Positions 25,326 through 37,733 of a DNA stretch of 64,000 nucleotides are shown here, one piece after another. Source of the DNA: Tubiluchus corallicola (Eukaryota; Animalia; Priapulida); the NCBI GenBank assembly GCA_030141605.1, contig JAQGDQ010000069.1, forward strand, positions 563,126-627,125, written 5' to 3'. Below the pieces are notes generated by a model that saw only the letters and a program-made list of their open reading frames with translations, searched no databases and had not been told where the DNA came from. Every line of letters starts with the position of its first letter. The first letter of the stretch is position 1. Position numbers and translations under genes: made by a program.

Positions 25326-27393
25326 GCGCCAGTCATGTGACTTGCCATGATGGGGCAACAAATCTCAACAGTTACTTTGTGGAAAGATGTAAAAAGTCGT
25401 ATTGAAAAAGAAATTTTATTGATTAGTGTAAATTAGCCTAAATGAACTTCTTATTTTAGTAGTCTTGTTGTTGAACTTCTCACTTTGCAAGTATAAAAGC
25501 TACTGTTATAACCATACCAAACTAGTTAACTCTTCACTTATACTAATTTGTCTTTTATGAGCTAAACATTGCATTTCTCTTACATTCCTATTTTGAACAG
25601 ACCCGGCTGCACTGAATTATTTTAAATTTTGATGAGATTTGTCTACATTGTGCATTACCTTGACAACTTGCTATTGTGGTACAAACTTTATAATTGCAGT
25701 TAGCTAGTGCTTTGCAGTTTTTGTATCTGTTTTATAGTAAGCAAAAGTAGTAAGTTTTAATAACATATTTTGATGATTACTGAATTGCCTGAACTAGTAG
25801 GACCAGAGCTTGCATGCATGAATATTGTTTCGGAATACTCTTTGTTTAACTTCTATCACTGAGGATTGAAAATTAATTCATTCTCAGTGCAGTGTAAGTT
25901 ATGTGCGTTCATGTACATACATCCATAGTCAGATAATTTTTGACTGTTATTGCTTAACATTTGAATTTATATTATATTGTGCATGCATATAGGTGGTAGC
26001 ACATGTAATGAAATTGGACCCTGGTTGTTTCCTTATTCTATGCAAACATTCTTGCTTGTTTGCTACTTGTTCAAATGGACAACCTACAAGAATTGAAAAG
26101 TTTCAGTGATTTATTATCTAGTTTTAATGAATTATCATCTTAAATTAGAATTTGCGTGAATTTAGGTGGCAAGCAAAGATCACAAACTCATTCAAAAAGT
26201 CGGTTGGTCACCTTTCAGAGTGTTTGCGAAAGTGATTTCTTGAAACAGTCTTAATCTGTAGATGAGTTTTGTGCATTTCAGTGCAAAACCATATAAAAAT
26301 AGATTTCCAGAGTTTTAAGTAATTATATTCTTACAAAATTGTTTAACTATAAAGTTACTATCAATTTCCTTGTATTGTTTGAACTTAATAGTGTAAGAAT
26401 GACTATCTATGATTTTTTGTAAATATGGCTTTGTATATTAGTTGTTGATAGGCATATTGGGATGTTAATTATTCGATTTTCGTATTATAACTGCCTAGAA
26501 AAAATGTTATCACTAGACAATCATATTAGTAAACAAAATCTGAGCATTCCAGCTCAGGAATTGGATTATCTAGTAGAACAAAGCTTAGGTTTAATCCCTG
26601 TAAGTGTATTTCTTTATGGTAATAATGAAATTAAAATCTGTCTTTCTCTACTTTGGTACCTACAATTGTAAGTATTTAATTTACTTTCTTGTACTCGACC
26701 TTACTGTTATCGGGAGTGATTTACTTTTAAATTAAGAGAATTTTTTGTTGACAGTTTCTTGAGTTTCCAGTAACTCATACTTGCTAATGTGTTTCTTCCT
26801 TGCACTCGATTAGACCTGCTACTGAAATCGTCTTTGTATCATTTGCCATACTCATTCTACTGTGATAGGCCACTCAGTAATGGCCTACTGGTTTGAAGTT
26901 ATTATTTCGTTCTAATTAGTTCTTTTTTATAACGATGACTATTGTAACACAGAAATGTCCCATCTTTTGCTCTGCAATGGAAGTACTTCTGTACACCATG
27001 ACACTTTATGAATCATTATGGTTGGATATTGCTTTCGTAACTACTATTTGTTATCAAAGTTATTTAAGTAGGAACTTATTTCGATATCAGTTTCAATTTC
27101 AGCTCACACAGTGTACACTGAGCTGGACTATTAAGTTATAATGGAATACTGCCTATGCTTTTTAGTTTACAAAATTGTTGGAGTATGTGACACAGTTTGT
27201 AAAGAGTGTTATAAAAACTTCTAATGTAAATTATTTTTCTTTTACTATAAATAAAATCATTAATTATTTAAATAGTTTAAGTGTTAGTAGTTGTATTATG
27301 GCACAGTTTCTATTCCACAGCAGTTCCTTTACTGCCACCACTCAAGATGACATTAGTTATCTCAATCTGTGTACCTCTTAACTCAGATTATAT

Positions 27394-27477
27394 CAGAATG
27401 GTAGTGTGGATCTGTTGCTTTTTTGGCCTGCTAGCAGAATGGTAGTGTGGATCTGTTGCTTTTTTGGCCTGCTAGCA
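27394..27477. repeat. ~42-bp perfect tandem duplication
   Basis: CAGAATGGTAGTGTGGATCTGTTGCTTTTTTGGCCTGCTAG twice. Confidence 0.9.
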
Positions 27478-28815
27478 CCCAGTTAAACTGACATTAGTAG
27501 ATTTACAGCAATGAATAAGCGTTATTCTTGTTTCTAGTACAATAGTTACGACAATATTTCTGTCTTACTGGTTCTAACATGTGTGTATGTGTGTATCTGG
27601 CCTTGTTTGTCGGATTTACGTAGAAAAACGACCTGTACATTTGGTTTCCTAATATTCTACTCATAATTACAGTGGCATAAATCTATAACTTTCTACTCAC
27701 TGTCATGCTAAGTGGACTTGTCTTTACGTGTAATCTATTTGTACCTGGTCAAATATTAGTATGGATAATTGGTTTTTAGCCACGTAATCAAAAAAGCAAT
27801 AATAATGCAGTAGGCAGATTTGTAGCTTTTGACTTAAATCTTCATATTCAGACTATATTAGTAGTACACAAACAGGCTTCTTTCTCTATTGCCACATATT
27901 CAAAGCAGTAATTGTTCTGTACTTGTTGTACCACTGTTAGGTACATGTATTTAATTGACACTGACCTAACTTGTAGTGTAACCTTAGACTTGCTGGCACA
28001 CTCAAATCAACATTAGTAGTATGGATCTGCATCAGGATTTCACTATTTGGTGCTCGAAATTTTGCGCATTTTGATGGTTTTTTTAAATTCCTGCCAATTT
28101 AAATTGTGTGCTCAATTTAAATAATTGCAAACACGTATGTGTGCATAACTTTCTTTGTCGTTGTAGGCAATTTAACAGTGACTTTTTATTTTATTCCTTT
28201 TCCTCTGTTTTTTCTTATTCCTCTCACGTAGAAAGTGATCTACCTAATCTTCCACCGTTTATTTACTCTTTTAGTTTCACATGACGCACGGAGAATTGGA
28301 TTTCCGCGTGTATTTTGCGGTTTTTATCGATTTAATGTAATCCTAAACCACGCCTAAGTTAAAATTACAACTGATTAAAACTTTATACATTGTCATTAAA
28401 ACTTCTTAACGATCGTAATGTTACACAATTCACATCTTGCTTTGTAATCTTCGTGCATAATTAATTTTAGTGCCAGTTAATTTTTAAACAGATCACATAT
28501 CGTTGCGTGTAGCTATTTGTAAAATCTTTACTTGCTGCAAAACCGTCTGCGTTTCGACAATTGCTGTTACGTCTAAAGCCAGTTCACATAAATCATAACT
28601 TATGTGAGCGCACACTTATGCTTTGCTTTGGCTTTCTGACTTGTTTCGTGACTTGGGTTTCTTTCAAAGCAAGCACACACAATTAATGCTCAGACCGGCA
28701 TTTCTCAAATTGTTTCTAGTCACTTGAGTGGACATTTTTTCACTGTCTAGGCTTTTTTGTGTAACCACACATGGAGGCCAGTTTGTGTAATCATTTAAGG
28801 TTTTAGAATCTCAAG

Positions 28816-31800
28816 ATGAATTGGTGGAAGTCTGCACCATGTCAGCATCTGTGGTTGGTGGCATTTCTGTGCTTTTTACCCGACACGCTGACGATGTCTT
28901 CAATTTACGTGAAAAGATACGGAGACGACGTTATGATGTCACTGGGTCACATTCGTACGTCATCAGTAAGAAGCAGGTAAATAAAAAAATAAAGAAACCA
29001 GTGTGATCCTAATTAAGCAAATACCGCCCATGTTTTGTTTGGTGATGCTAGTGATGACGATGATAATAACCACAATAATGAGATGATGGTGGCGAAGACA
29101 GAAACAAGAGTAGGAGTTAAGACGATTCCAATGCATGGCCCAACAAAATGAGTAGTACAACTCGTTTGTCTCCGTGCCATCTTTTTGCAGTCCGCACCAA
29201 TTTTCTGTGGACCCCCTGATAAACTGATAAACCCCGGGCCAGCAAAAACATGGTGTGGATACGAACTAATTTTACTACTCATACCTCATGCAGTATTTTC
29301 TTAACTGTTATTTTTCTTCTGCAAAGCTGCTTGAGTGCATTGTATACTATTCATACCTCATGTAGTATTTTCTTAACTGTTATTTTTCTTCTGGAAAGGG
29401 TTGAGTGCATTGTAAGATGTGCACTTGATAGAGACGCCAACTGCCGGAGTGTCAGCATGAAGTCTGAAAGTTCAACTGTGGACTGCATGATGAGTACTGT
29501 ACAGGATTATTGCCTATTATATACTACAACAGCGCTATCTTATGGTTATTATCTTAGTCAGTGGGTATGTAAACCTAGAACTGTTTAAAAACCAAATAAG
29601 AAAAGTTTTTCTACCTAAAAATAAAGGCACGGAATATTTAACAATGCAAAAAACAACAAAAGTTGTGGAGATCTATTTTCTTGATCGATGTCAATTTACA
29701 GCAGAAATGGTGACAAAAGTGTTGACGTTTATATTTTTAATTTAACTGTTTGTTAAAAATGAATAAGCCAATTCTACGATATGTATGGTAGTACAGCATA
29801 AATTTTGCCTACGTTGCAGTATGGCAAAAAAGTTCTAACGGCTCTTAACTGAACTTTTTATTGTTTTTATACCTATCTATTGTTTTTTTATATACAGACA
29901 ATTAAAAAATTGTCCCCATAAATTTCAGAAAATAAAGCGGAGGCGAAGCGGTAACAAAAAATTCATCGTTCGTTTTTTTCAGTTCTTCGAGGCAGAGAAA
30001 AGTTCAAGTTTGTTATGTTTATTAAGTTTAAGTCCAAAGATTGTTCAGTAGCATCACTATCTCGTATTACATAAACTCTCTATCGCACTGCTGGTGTCAT
30101 TTCCACCGACATTATTTCCCATTCTGACGTTGTTTTTGGAAAGATTTCTTCAAGTATTGCTGTTGCAACTAGTAAATAATCAATAAGCTGCAAACGAGTT
30201 GTATTCGCATCGCTGAATGAAGTAAACGTCTTGCTGTTTGTCCTTTAAAAAAATTTACTCAAATCTATGTGTAGGCCTGGGGACAAGAGGTATGAATGTT
30301 GTAAGAATGACGCGTAAAAGTAATAGTATTGTAAGAAAGTTTTGTTTGCGGCAGAAATATTATAGCGAAATAATTCCAGTTTAATGGTCAGTTGTAATTA
30401 CAATCCGTTTGGGTTTCGATTCGTTTTAATGCAAATAATGAAACAAAAAAGTTTTGCACAGAATTTGAGATCATGGTACCAACTCTTATTATATTATTTT
30501 AAGCAACTTTCATTTTTTCAGGACATTGAACAGTTCAATCACGGTCATCCTGGCAACCCTCAAGGTTTTTACTACTTTTACTTCATTCAAAGTGCAGAAA
30601 TGACAGTTAGTTTTACAACTCAATAATAAATCTTAAAGTTGAAAACAAATGCATAAAAGAAAACTAAATCGTGTAGCTGCTGGAGTGGAGGGTGCTATAA
30701 GTGATATAGAAGCCAGACAAAATCAACGTTGTAAAATTTTTGTACATTCATAAAGCGTTTATGATACATTTATCATGAAAGGATTAAATCTCAGGCTCAA
30801 TTCAAGAATCCTAAAACTCCTCCAAGCTTGAAATTAATTCTGCATACTTTTATAAAGAACTATTTGCCACGAACGCTTCGTAGTGGAAAGTAGCAAAAGC
30901 AAAATTATATTCATCAGTTCTTTTTAATGTCCAAGCCAGCTTAAATTAGCTTTGCTGCATTATTACTGTTATAGCTGCAACAGGACAACTAAACCTGGAA
31001 GCAATTATGCTAATATTACTGAAGAAAAGTGAGGTTTAGCGTGATTTTCAAAAGAGCTTACATTACGAAATTATATTACTTAGACATAATTAAGTATGTT
31101 CGTTCTTCCAAAGTTTTCACGATATATTTATATTTCAAGAACCATGCTAAATTTTGGCAGTTGGCACAGTTTTTTGAGCTGACACCTTTTAAAATTCTAG
31201 TGGATACTTTGGATCTAACGAACAAGTCTAATTTAAACGCGGTTATAATGCTGAAGTAAGTTTAGCTGTCATTACGTTAATTTTTTTACAGTTAGTTGCT
31301 TTGAACTGGAATTTTCTCCACATCGCATAGATGACTACTTCATACTGGAACGATTCAGATTAATGCCGCTTTTAAACTTCACACTGTGCTTGTGGATCAA
31401 ACCGGACACTACGGCAACGCAAATCTATCGGTACACGTTATTCGCGTATCACACGCCCCTGGTGGGCAATGCGATAAACGTTCAGTTGCACCCAACTTAC
31501 AAGGAGCAAATCTATTTTCAAGTTGGGGGGTAAGAGTTTTCTGATAATCACTTTTATTGCTAAAAAATTACGTGCAGTGAACGCATAGATTCTGACATCT
31601 GTTAGCTGCTGCAAACAAGTTCGATGATCTATGGCAGGGGTGTGCAAACTGCGGCCCACGAAGAGGTTTGTCAACGTAACGAAAGTGCGGCCCACGCGAT
31701 TCAGCTGAAGTCTGCGCCAATATCACAAAGATGGTGTGGGTAGTTTTTTCCTCCAGATCGGATGGCATTAACCCTTACAAGACCGTTATCACTTAATGTC

Positions 31801-32692
31801 ACTGTCGGACATGACGAAATATATGGTTTTTAATATAAATTTTAATAACTTCTAAAATAGTTTCTTGAGTGTAGTTTCTGTAGTGCAGTAGTGATGATGT
31901 GCGCAAATCGGATGCAAAAAAAATCGTTATTAGGTCCTACTGTACTTGGCTCCTTGACCAAACTGCATGTGGCCCACAGGAATTGCGGGAATGTTTAATG
32001 TGGCCCGGCTAGTCAGATAATTTGCACACCCATGATCTATGGCTTGATCCGTATTTAATTTAATTTATAAACACCCAGTTAAAATTTACAGACAATGCAC
32101 AAACACATAGCAATACAAAACTATACATTTCAACACAATAAAATATTACATTAAGAATAAGTAAAATTTTTGAGTGTTGGGAAGACGCAAAGTGAAAAAC
32201 TGCTTACATATGCGTTTTATATTTGACAAAATTATCAAGATCAACTGAACACCATCTTTTGCAGAACAATTTAAAATTTGCTGCTGTCACAAGCGTAGAA
32301 CCTTTCACAGAATTTGGAAGTGGATTCCATATGTGAACAATCCGGTTTGAAAAAATGGTCCGAACTGCTTTTTATTTGTGCAAACAGTTTTAACGAATGG
32401 TTACTCCGCGTACAATCAGATGAAGTCCTAGTAAAAAACTTTTCAGCAGTCAAATCAACTTCTTTATGAATGATTTTATAGCACATACATAAGTCATTTT
32501 GAATTCGTCTTTCTTCTAATGACTTTATATTTAAAACTTTTATTCTGTCGAGATGTGGGATTTGAGCAAATGTATTGATTTTACAGATATTTTGCATCTT
32601 GCGACCTTGACCTTTGGGCTTGTGGACACAATAAACAGATTTGTATCTCCTACCTATACCTATCCCTATGCTAAGTTCGGTGATGATAACTT

Positions 32693-32762
<70 letters not shown>

Positions 32763-33317
32763 GCACAGATGTAGCACCTATAATACAGACTCAATCACTA
32801 ACTGACAGTAACTGTTAGTAAATTCCAGTCATATTTCGCTTACAATTCTTTTTTACCTTGCAGAGACGACCACACATTTTTCTCAGATGCGGATCTGCCA
32901 TTTTTTGACGGCAGGTGGCACTACCTGTGTATGGTATGGTCCAACGTAAACGGCCGATTAGAGTTTTATGTGAATAGCGTGAGAGTTCCGGGATATATGG
33001 ATACTACAGACACCAGAAGCGTAGCAGAAGGTTCAGTCATCCTGACAGGAGGAGGAGTTGTTGTGATGGGACAATATCCGGACACTTATGACAATCGTTA
33101 CGGACTGGATTTTGATGGTCGTGAACGCTATTCTGGCTTATTAACAGGCGTGAACTTGTACGACTATGCTCTGTCAGAAGAGGACATAAGTAACCTGTAT
33201 CGTTATTGTTACACGTATGGTGGTAATATGTTTTCTTGGGGCGACGTGGAGCAGGGAATATTTTATGGAGAAGTGGTTAAAAGAGTGGGTGAGCTAAGCT
33301 GTAGGCCAATACTGTAA
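28816..33317 (+). CDS. Secreted PAN/apple + pentraxin (LamG-like) domain protein
   Basis: Exon 28816-28976 gives MNWWKSAPCQHLWLVAFLCFLP (signal peptide) ...LGHIRTSSVRS. Exon 29399-29564 gives VECIVRCALDRDANCRSVS...DC (PAN Cys pattern). Linker exon(s) at 30522-30605 and possibly 30975-31028 have unresolved phases. Exon ~31292/31296-31529 gives FTLCLWIK..TLFAY..GNAI. Exon 32864-33317 gives DGRWHYLCMVWSN..GGGVVVMGQ..G.LTGVNLYDYALS (pentraxin signature) and ends in TAA. Confidence 0.82.
29273..29413. repeat. ~72-bp tandem duplication spanning the exon-2 splice acceptor
   Basis: TACTA(C/T)TCATACCTCATG(C/T)AGTATTTTCTTAACTGTTATTTTTCT...AAAG...TTGAGTGCATTGTA twice. Confidence 0.88.
31635..32034. mobile_element. 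Non-autonomous hAT (Charlie-like) MITE, 400 bp
   Basis: TIRs CAGGGGTGTGCAAA / TTTGCACACCCATG, perfect 8-bp TSD ATCTATGG (31627-31634 and 32035-32042), and subterminal (G/T)GGCCC motifs. Confidence 0.9.
32050..32560 (-). mobile_element. 5'-truncated CR1-group LINE 3' fragment
   Basis: Translates LDRIKVLNIKSLEERRIQNDLCMCYKIIH..FF..TRSNHSLKL, typical of the ORF2 C-terminus, with a (TAAAT)n-like tail at ~32054-32068. Confidence 0.8.
32590..32820 (+). mobile_element. Probable Helentron/HINE (Pearl-like) non-autonomous fragment with (CAGA)n microsatellite (32693-32761)
   Basis: GACCTTGACCTTT motif, CTAAGTTCGGTGA, ~17 CAGA units and a short palindrome ACTAAC..GTTAGT. The microsatellite is certain; the element class is inferred. 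Confidence 0.5.
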
Positions 33318-34056
33318 TTCTAGGACCAGAAAAATTTCACCTGTAAAATGAATTAAAGGGACATGAAATCAGATTTTGTCATATTAGCTGATTAAATAAC
33401 ATTGTAAATATTGGCTACATTTACTATATCAAATTTTAATTACATTGCTGCGATTTTGCTACAGCCTTTTATGTATTCCTAAATACACAATATTCTTATT
33501 ACTAGGTAAAGTGAACTTGAGCTTGATGAATCCGTCGATTGACTGGTTGAATAGCTGGTCCGCTGATGACGGATGGTTAGCAGACTGACTGACTGACAGA
33601 CAGACTGACTACCTGACTGATTTACTCACTGCCTTAAGCTAATAAGTTCATTTACCATCTTCATTTAAAGTACAATACGTTATTCAATACACTACATTCT
33701 GTATCAGTTTATTATTAATTCAGAATATACATGTAATTTATTTATATTCTGCTCCTATTTTATCCGAAAATTTTCTAAGTATGAATTTGACTATAGTGCT
33801 CAGTCTTTAAGTATACAGCTTGGTATAACTTATGTTGATGTTATCTATAAGACATGTGTGTTTAGTTAATGACTAGATTCAATGCTAGTACTAATGTTAT
33901 CTGTCAGAGGTTACTGCATAGCGATACAAAATTTACGTCGCAAACATTAGCTGCGTAATAGTTGTATATTTAGTAATTTACTGTGTTAATGTGTGCGAGT
34001 TTTTGTTTCTTGTGGTAAATATTTGAATGTTTTATGCTATAAATGCTATAAAAAAT

Positions 34057-34060
<4 letters not shown>

Positions 34061-34146
<86 letters not shown>
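34061..34146. repeat. (TC)n microsatellite
   Basis: Perfect dinucleotide run of ~43 units. Confidence 0.97.
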
Positions 34147-34151
<5 letters not shown>

Positions 34152-34329
34152 GTCAAAAGCTTTTGAGGAATATTAACCCGCTGTAGTAGAATCTCAGGAC
34201 ATATACTACATAAATGAGGAGGATAAATGTATTATTTTATATAGTATAATTTCTGCTCGGGCTCATCTTAGGGATAATAATAATTTTGACAAAGCATGGT
34301 GTAATGTATGTAGAAAAATATATAATGGT

Positions 34330-35330
34330 ATAAACTCAGTAGAACCATGTGACGATTTCTAAGATGAACCATTTACCACGGAGGAGTTAAATTTAGCAAT
34401 AAAGAGTTTAAAAGTAAAAGACAAAAGCATAGGTATTGATGGGAACCACCCACTTATGGTAAAACATTCCGGATCTAGCCAGTTTGTGCTTAAAGGAAGA
34501 TAAATGGCCATGGCATACAGTAAAAAGACTTTTGTACGAAAAGAGGGCAAAAATGATTCTAAATACGGGCCCCTTACCATTGCTTCTTACTATAGCAAAG
34601 TCGTTGAAAGACTTACTGAAAATCGCTTAAGGATCTGGTTTAATGATCACAACATAATTGATTTAGAACAGGAAAGATTCAGGCCGTGGCATAATACTAA
34701 TCGTTGTTTAGTAAGGCTAGTCTCAGTGATTGAAAGAAATAGACCTAAAGGACGTTCAGGCACCGGCATATTTTGCAATTTCCAAAAAGCCTTTGATAGT
34801 GTATGGATAAATGGTCTGATTAAAAAACTGAAACAAATGTAATTTGTAGCTTTGAAAAAACATAGAGCATAGTGAAGCGAGTAAGTGACTGTATATCTGA
34901 AGAATATCAATGCAACATGGGAGTCCCTCAAGGCTCGGTCCTGTCGCTGTTAATGTTTACATTTTACATAGAAGACATGTTTCATGAACTCAACGTTGGT
35001 AGAACTCAGCCAAGTTTAAATACGCGAATGATGGAAAATCTATATATTGACATTTCTGCTCAGATTTGTCAGGCTATTGCACAATAGCGTTTTGATAAAC
35101 TGTATGATTCGTGTACAAGGTGGAGACAGATTTTAAATTGTGATGTAAACCGATGCAATTATTTTTGATAATGAAAATGGAAACGTCATGCCGGCAATAA
35201 ATTGGGGAAAAAATTAATAAGCCGTGTTAAAGATACCAAAGTTTTAGGGGTGATTGTTAACATAGAAAAACTGGCTCAGGATTAAACAGTTATATAAAAA
35301 TAAAGGCACGAAAATGACCACCATTATTAG
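34330..35330 (+). mobile_element. Heavily decayed non-LTR retrotransposon RT remnant
   Basis: Broken frames give DEPFTTEELNLAIKSLK..GIDG, GIFCNFQKAFDSVWINGLIKKL, GVPQGSVLSLLMFTFYIED and KVLGVI, with many stops and frameshifts. Confidence 0.8.
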
Positions 35331-35360
35331 GTTGTTTGAATCGATTGTGTTACCGAACGT

Positions 35361-37733
35361 TTTTTTTAATTATTGATCTCAAAATTGAAACATACAGTAA
35401 GGAATACGTGCGCAAACATATTTATAATGTTCATATAAAAAACAAAATTATCCAAGACTTAAATCAATGTGACTGGTCAGATTTATATTCTGCAACTAAT
35501 ACCGAAGACGCACACAATTTATTTCATACTAAGCTTTCTGATATCTATAACAAACATATTAAACTACAGAAAAGCAATAACAATCATCAAGCAGCAAAAA
35601 AACCTTGGATTACTACAGCAATTTTAGTAAGTGTTAAGCGGAAAAATAAAATGTATCGTTCTCTGGTGAACAAGACAAATAATGACGTATCTGAAGTAGA
35701 ATACAAACGATATAGAAATGAACTTAATACAGTTATAAAAGCATCAAAATGTCAGTATTATAGGGATAGATTGATGACAGTTAAAGATAACATAAAAAAG
35801 ACATGGGATACAATGAAAGAAATTATGCATAAAGAAAGGCATTACGTTGTTCATAAACAATAAATTAATTAAAAATAATGTAGAGGTGGCAAATGCTTTT
35901 AACGATTACTTTGCCAATATTGGACCAATATTATCAGAACAAATTGAAAACACAAACGTAAATCCATGTACATATCTTAAAGATACCTACCGACAAAGCT
36001 TTTTTATTAGTGCAGTAACAGAAAATGATATAATAAATACTTGTAAATCGTTCAATCGGAATAAAGGTCCTGGTAAGGACAAAATGCTACCTAAAGTCGT
36101 AATAGACACCATTGACTACATCTGTAAACCTTTGCAATATTTAATTAATTTATCTTTTCTTACAGGTGAAATACCAACGAAATTGAAAGAATCAATTATT
36201 GTTCCTTTGTTTAAATCAGATGATCCCATGTCTCTGAACAATTATAGACCAGTGTCCTTATTGCCTTTTATATCAAAAATATTAGAAAAAGTTTTTTACA
36301 ATCAGTTATCTCATTATTTAATAAAAAAAAGAATTCTGAGTAATAAACAATTTGGTTTCAGAAAAGGTAGCTCCACTGAAATAGCCTTAACAAAAATTAT
36401 AGAAAATATCATTAATACTGTTGAAAACAATGGCACATCCTACGGAGTATTTTGCGACCTATCAAAAGCATTTGATACAGTAAACCATGACATTCTGCTA
36501 AATAAGTTGTACTATTACGGTGTCAGAGGTTTGCCTCATATGTGGCTAAAGAATTATTTAACAGGGCGCACTCAGACAGTAAAATATAATAACGCTTTTT
36601 CAGATGTAACACCAATCAAATGTGGCGTGCCCCAAGGATCAGTCCTCGGGCCACTACTTTTTTTAATTTATATTAATGACATCAAATTTTGTGTTAAAAA
36701 TCACAATTTATTTCAGTTTGCTGATGATACAAGCATTTTTTTTAGCTTTCATAAAATAGAAACCAATATTGACTACATAAATATAGTTCTACATGATCTA
36801 GCTATATGGTTCAAAACAAATTAACTTTCACTAAATTCATCAAAAACAAAATACATTCTGTTTAGATCCCGAAATAAACCAATCCAGGCGAACCACGATT
36901 TAATAATAGACCATAAAAGAATTACACGTGTAAAAGAACTGAAATTTCTGGGATTAATACTGAATGAGCATCTAGACTGGCGACCACATATATTCATGAT
37001 CAGATTAAAAATATAAAAAAATATAGGTATCATTTCATATATTAAAAACTTTCTGAACACCGAACATCTTCTAACATTATACAACAGTTTAATATTATCA
37101 TATTTAAATTACTGCACAATATTATGGGGCTTTACTTATACTACAAATTTAGAATGCTTAAGAGTTTTACAACGAAAATTTTTACGTGTCATCTTCAAAC
37201 TAGACAAAAGGAGCACAATTACTACTACACATTTTAAGCAATGTCAAATATTACTTCTGGATGATGTTATTAATTTTAATGGATGTATATACATGTATAG
37301 AACAAACAACAACTTATTTCCAACTTTTTTTGAAAATCCAGTCAAGATAAATGTAAAAAAATACAATACCAGACATAATGAATATATACCAAGACGTTGT
37401 AGAACAAATATGGCGAAACACTTCATTAGCTATATGGGACCAGTCCTATGGAACAGACTAAGCCGCAATTCGAAATGTAGTCACTCCCTTTTAACTTTTA
37501 AAAAAACCGTCAGAAAAGAAATATTTCAAAAGTATTAAGAGTAACACAATTTTAGGCTCAAACTGTATACACCAAAAAATTATTCTGTAATGAAATTTGC
37601 ACATTATGGTCTATATATAAGTAACTGTGGTAAATACAGTTGTATTTTATATATTATATATGAAGTGTATTTATGTGTGTAAAATGTATTGAGAATAAAA
37701 TTTGAATTTGAATTTGAAAATTTGAAAAAAAAA
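35361..37733 (+). mobile_element. 5'-truncated CR1/L2-group (Crack-like) LINE with disrupted ORF2 reverse transcriptase
   Basis: KPWIT, FNDYFANIG, NYRPVSLL, QFGFR, FCDLSKAFDTVNH, GVPQGSVLGPLLFLIYIND, FADDT, KFLG and GPVLWN motifs. Frameshift at ~35850 and stops at 36822 and ~37013. The 3' end is AATAAA followed by (ATTTGA)n and an A-tail. Confidence 0.92.
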
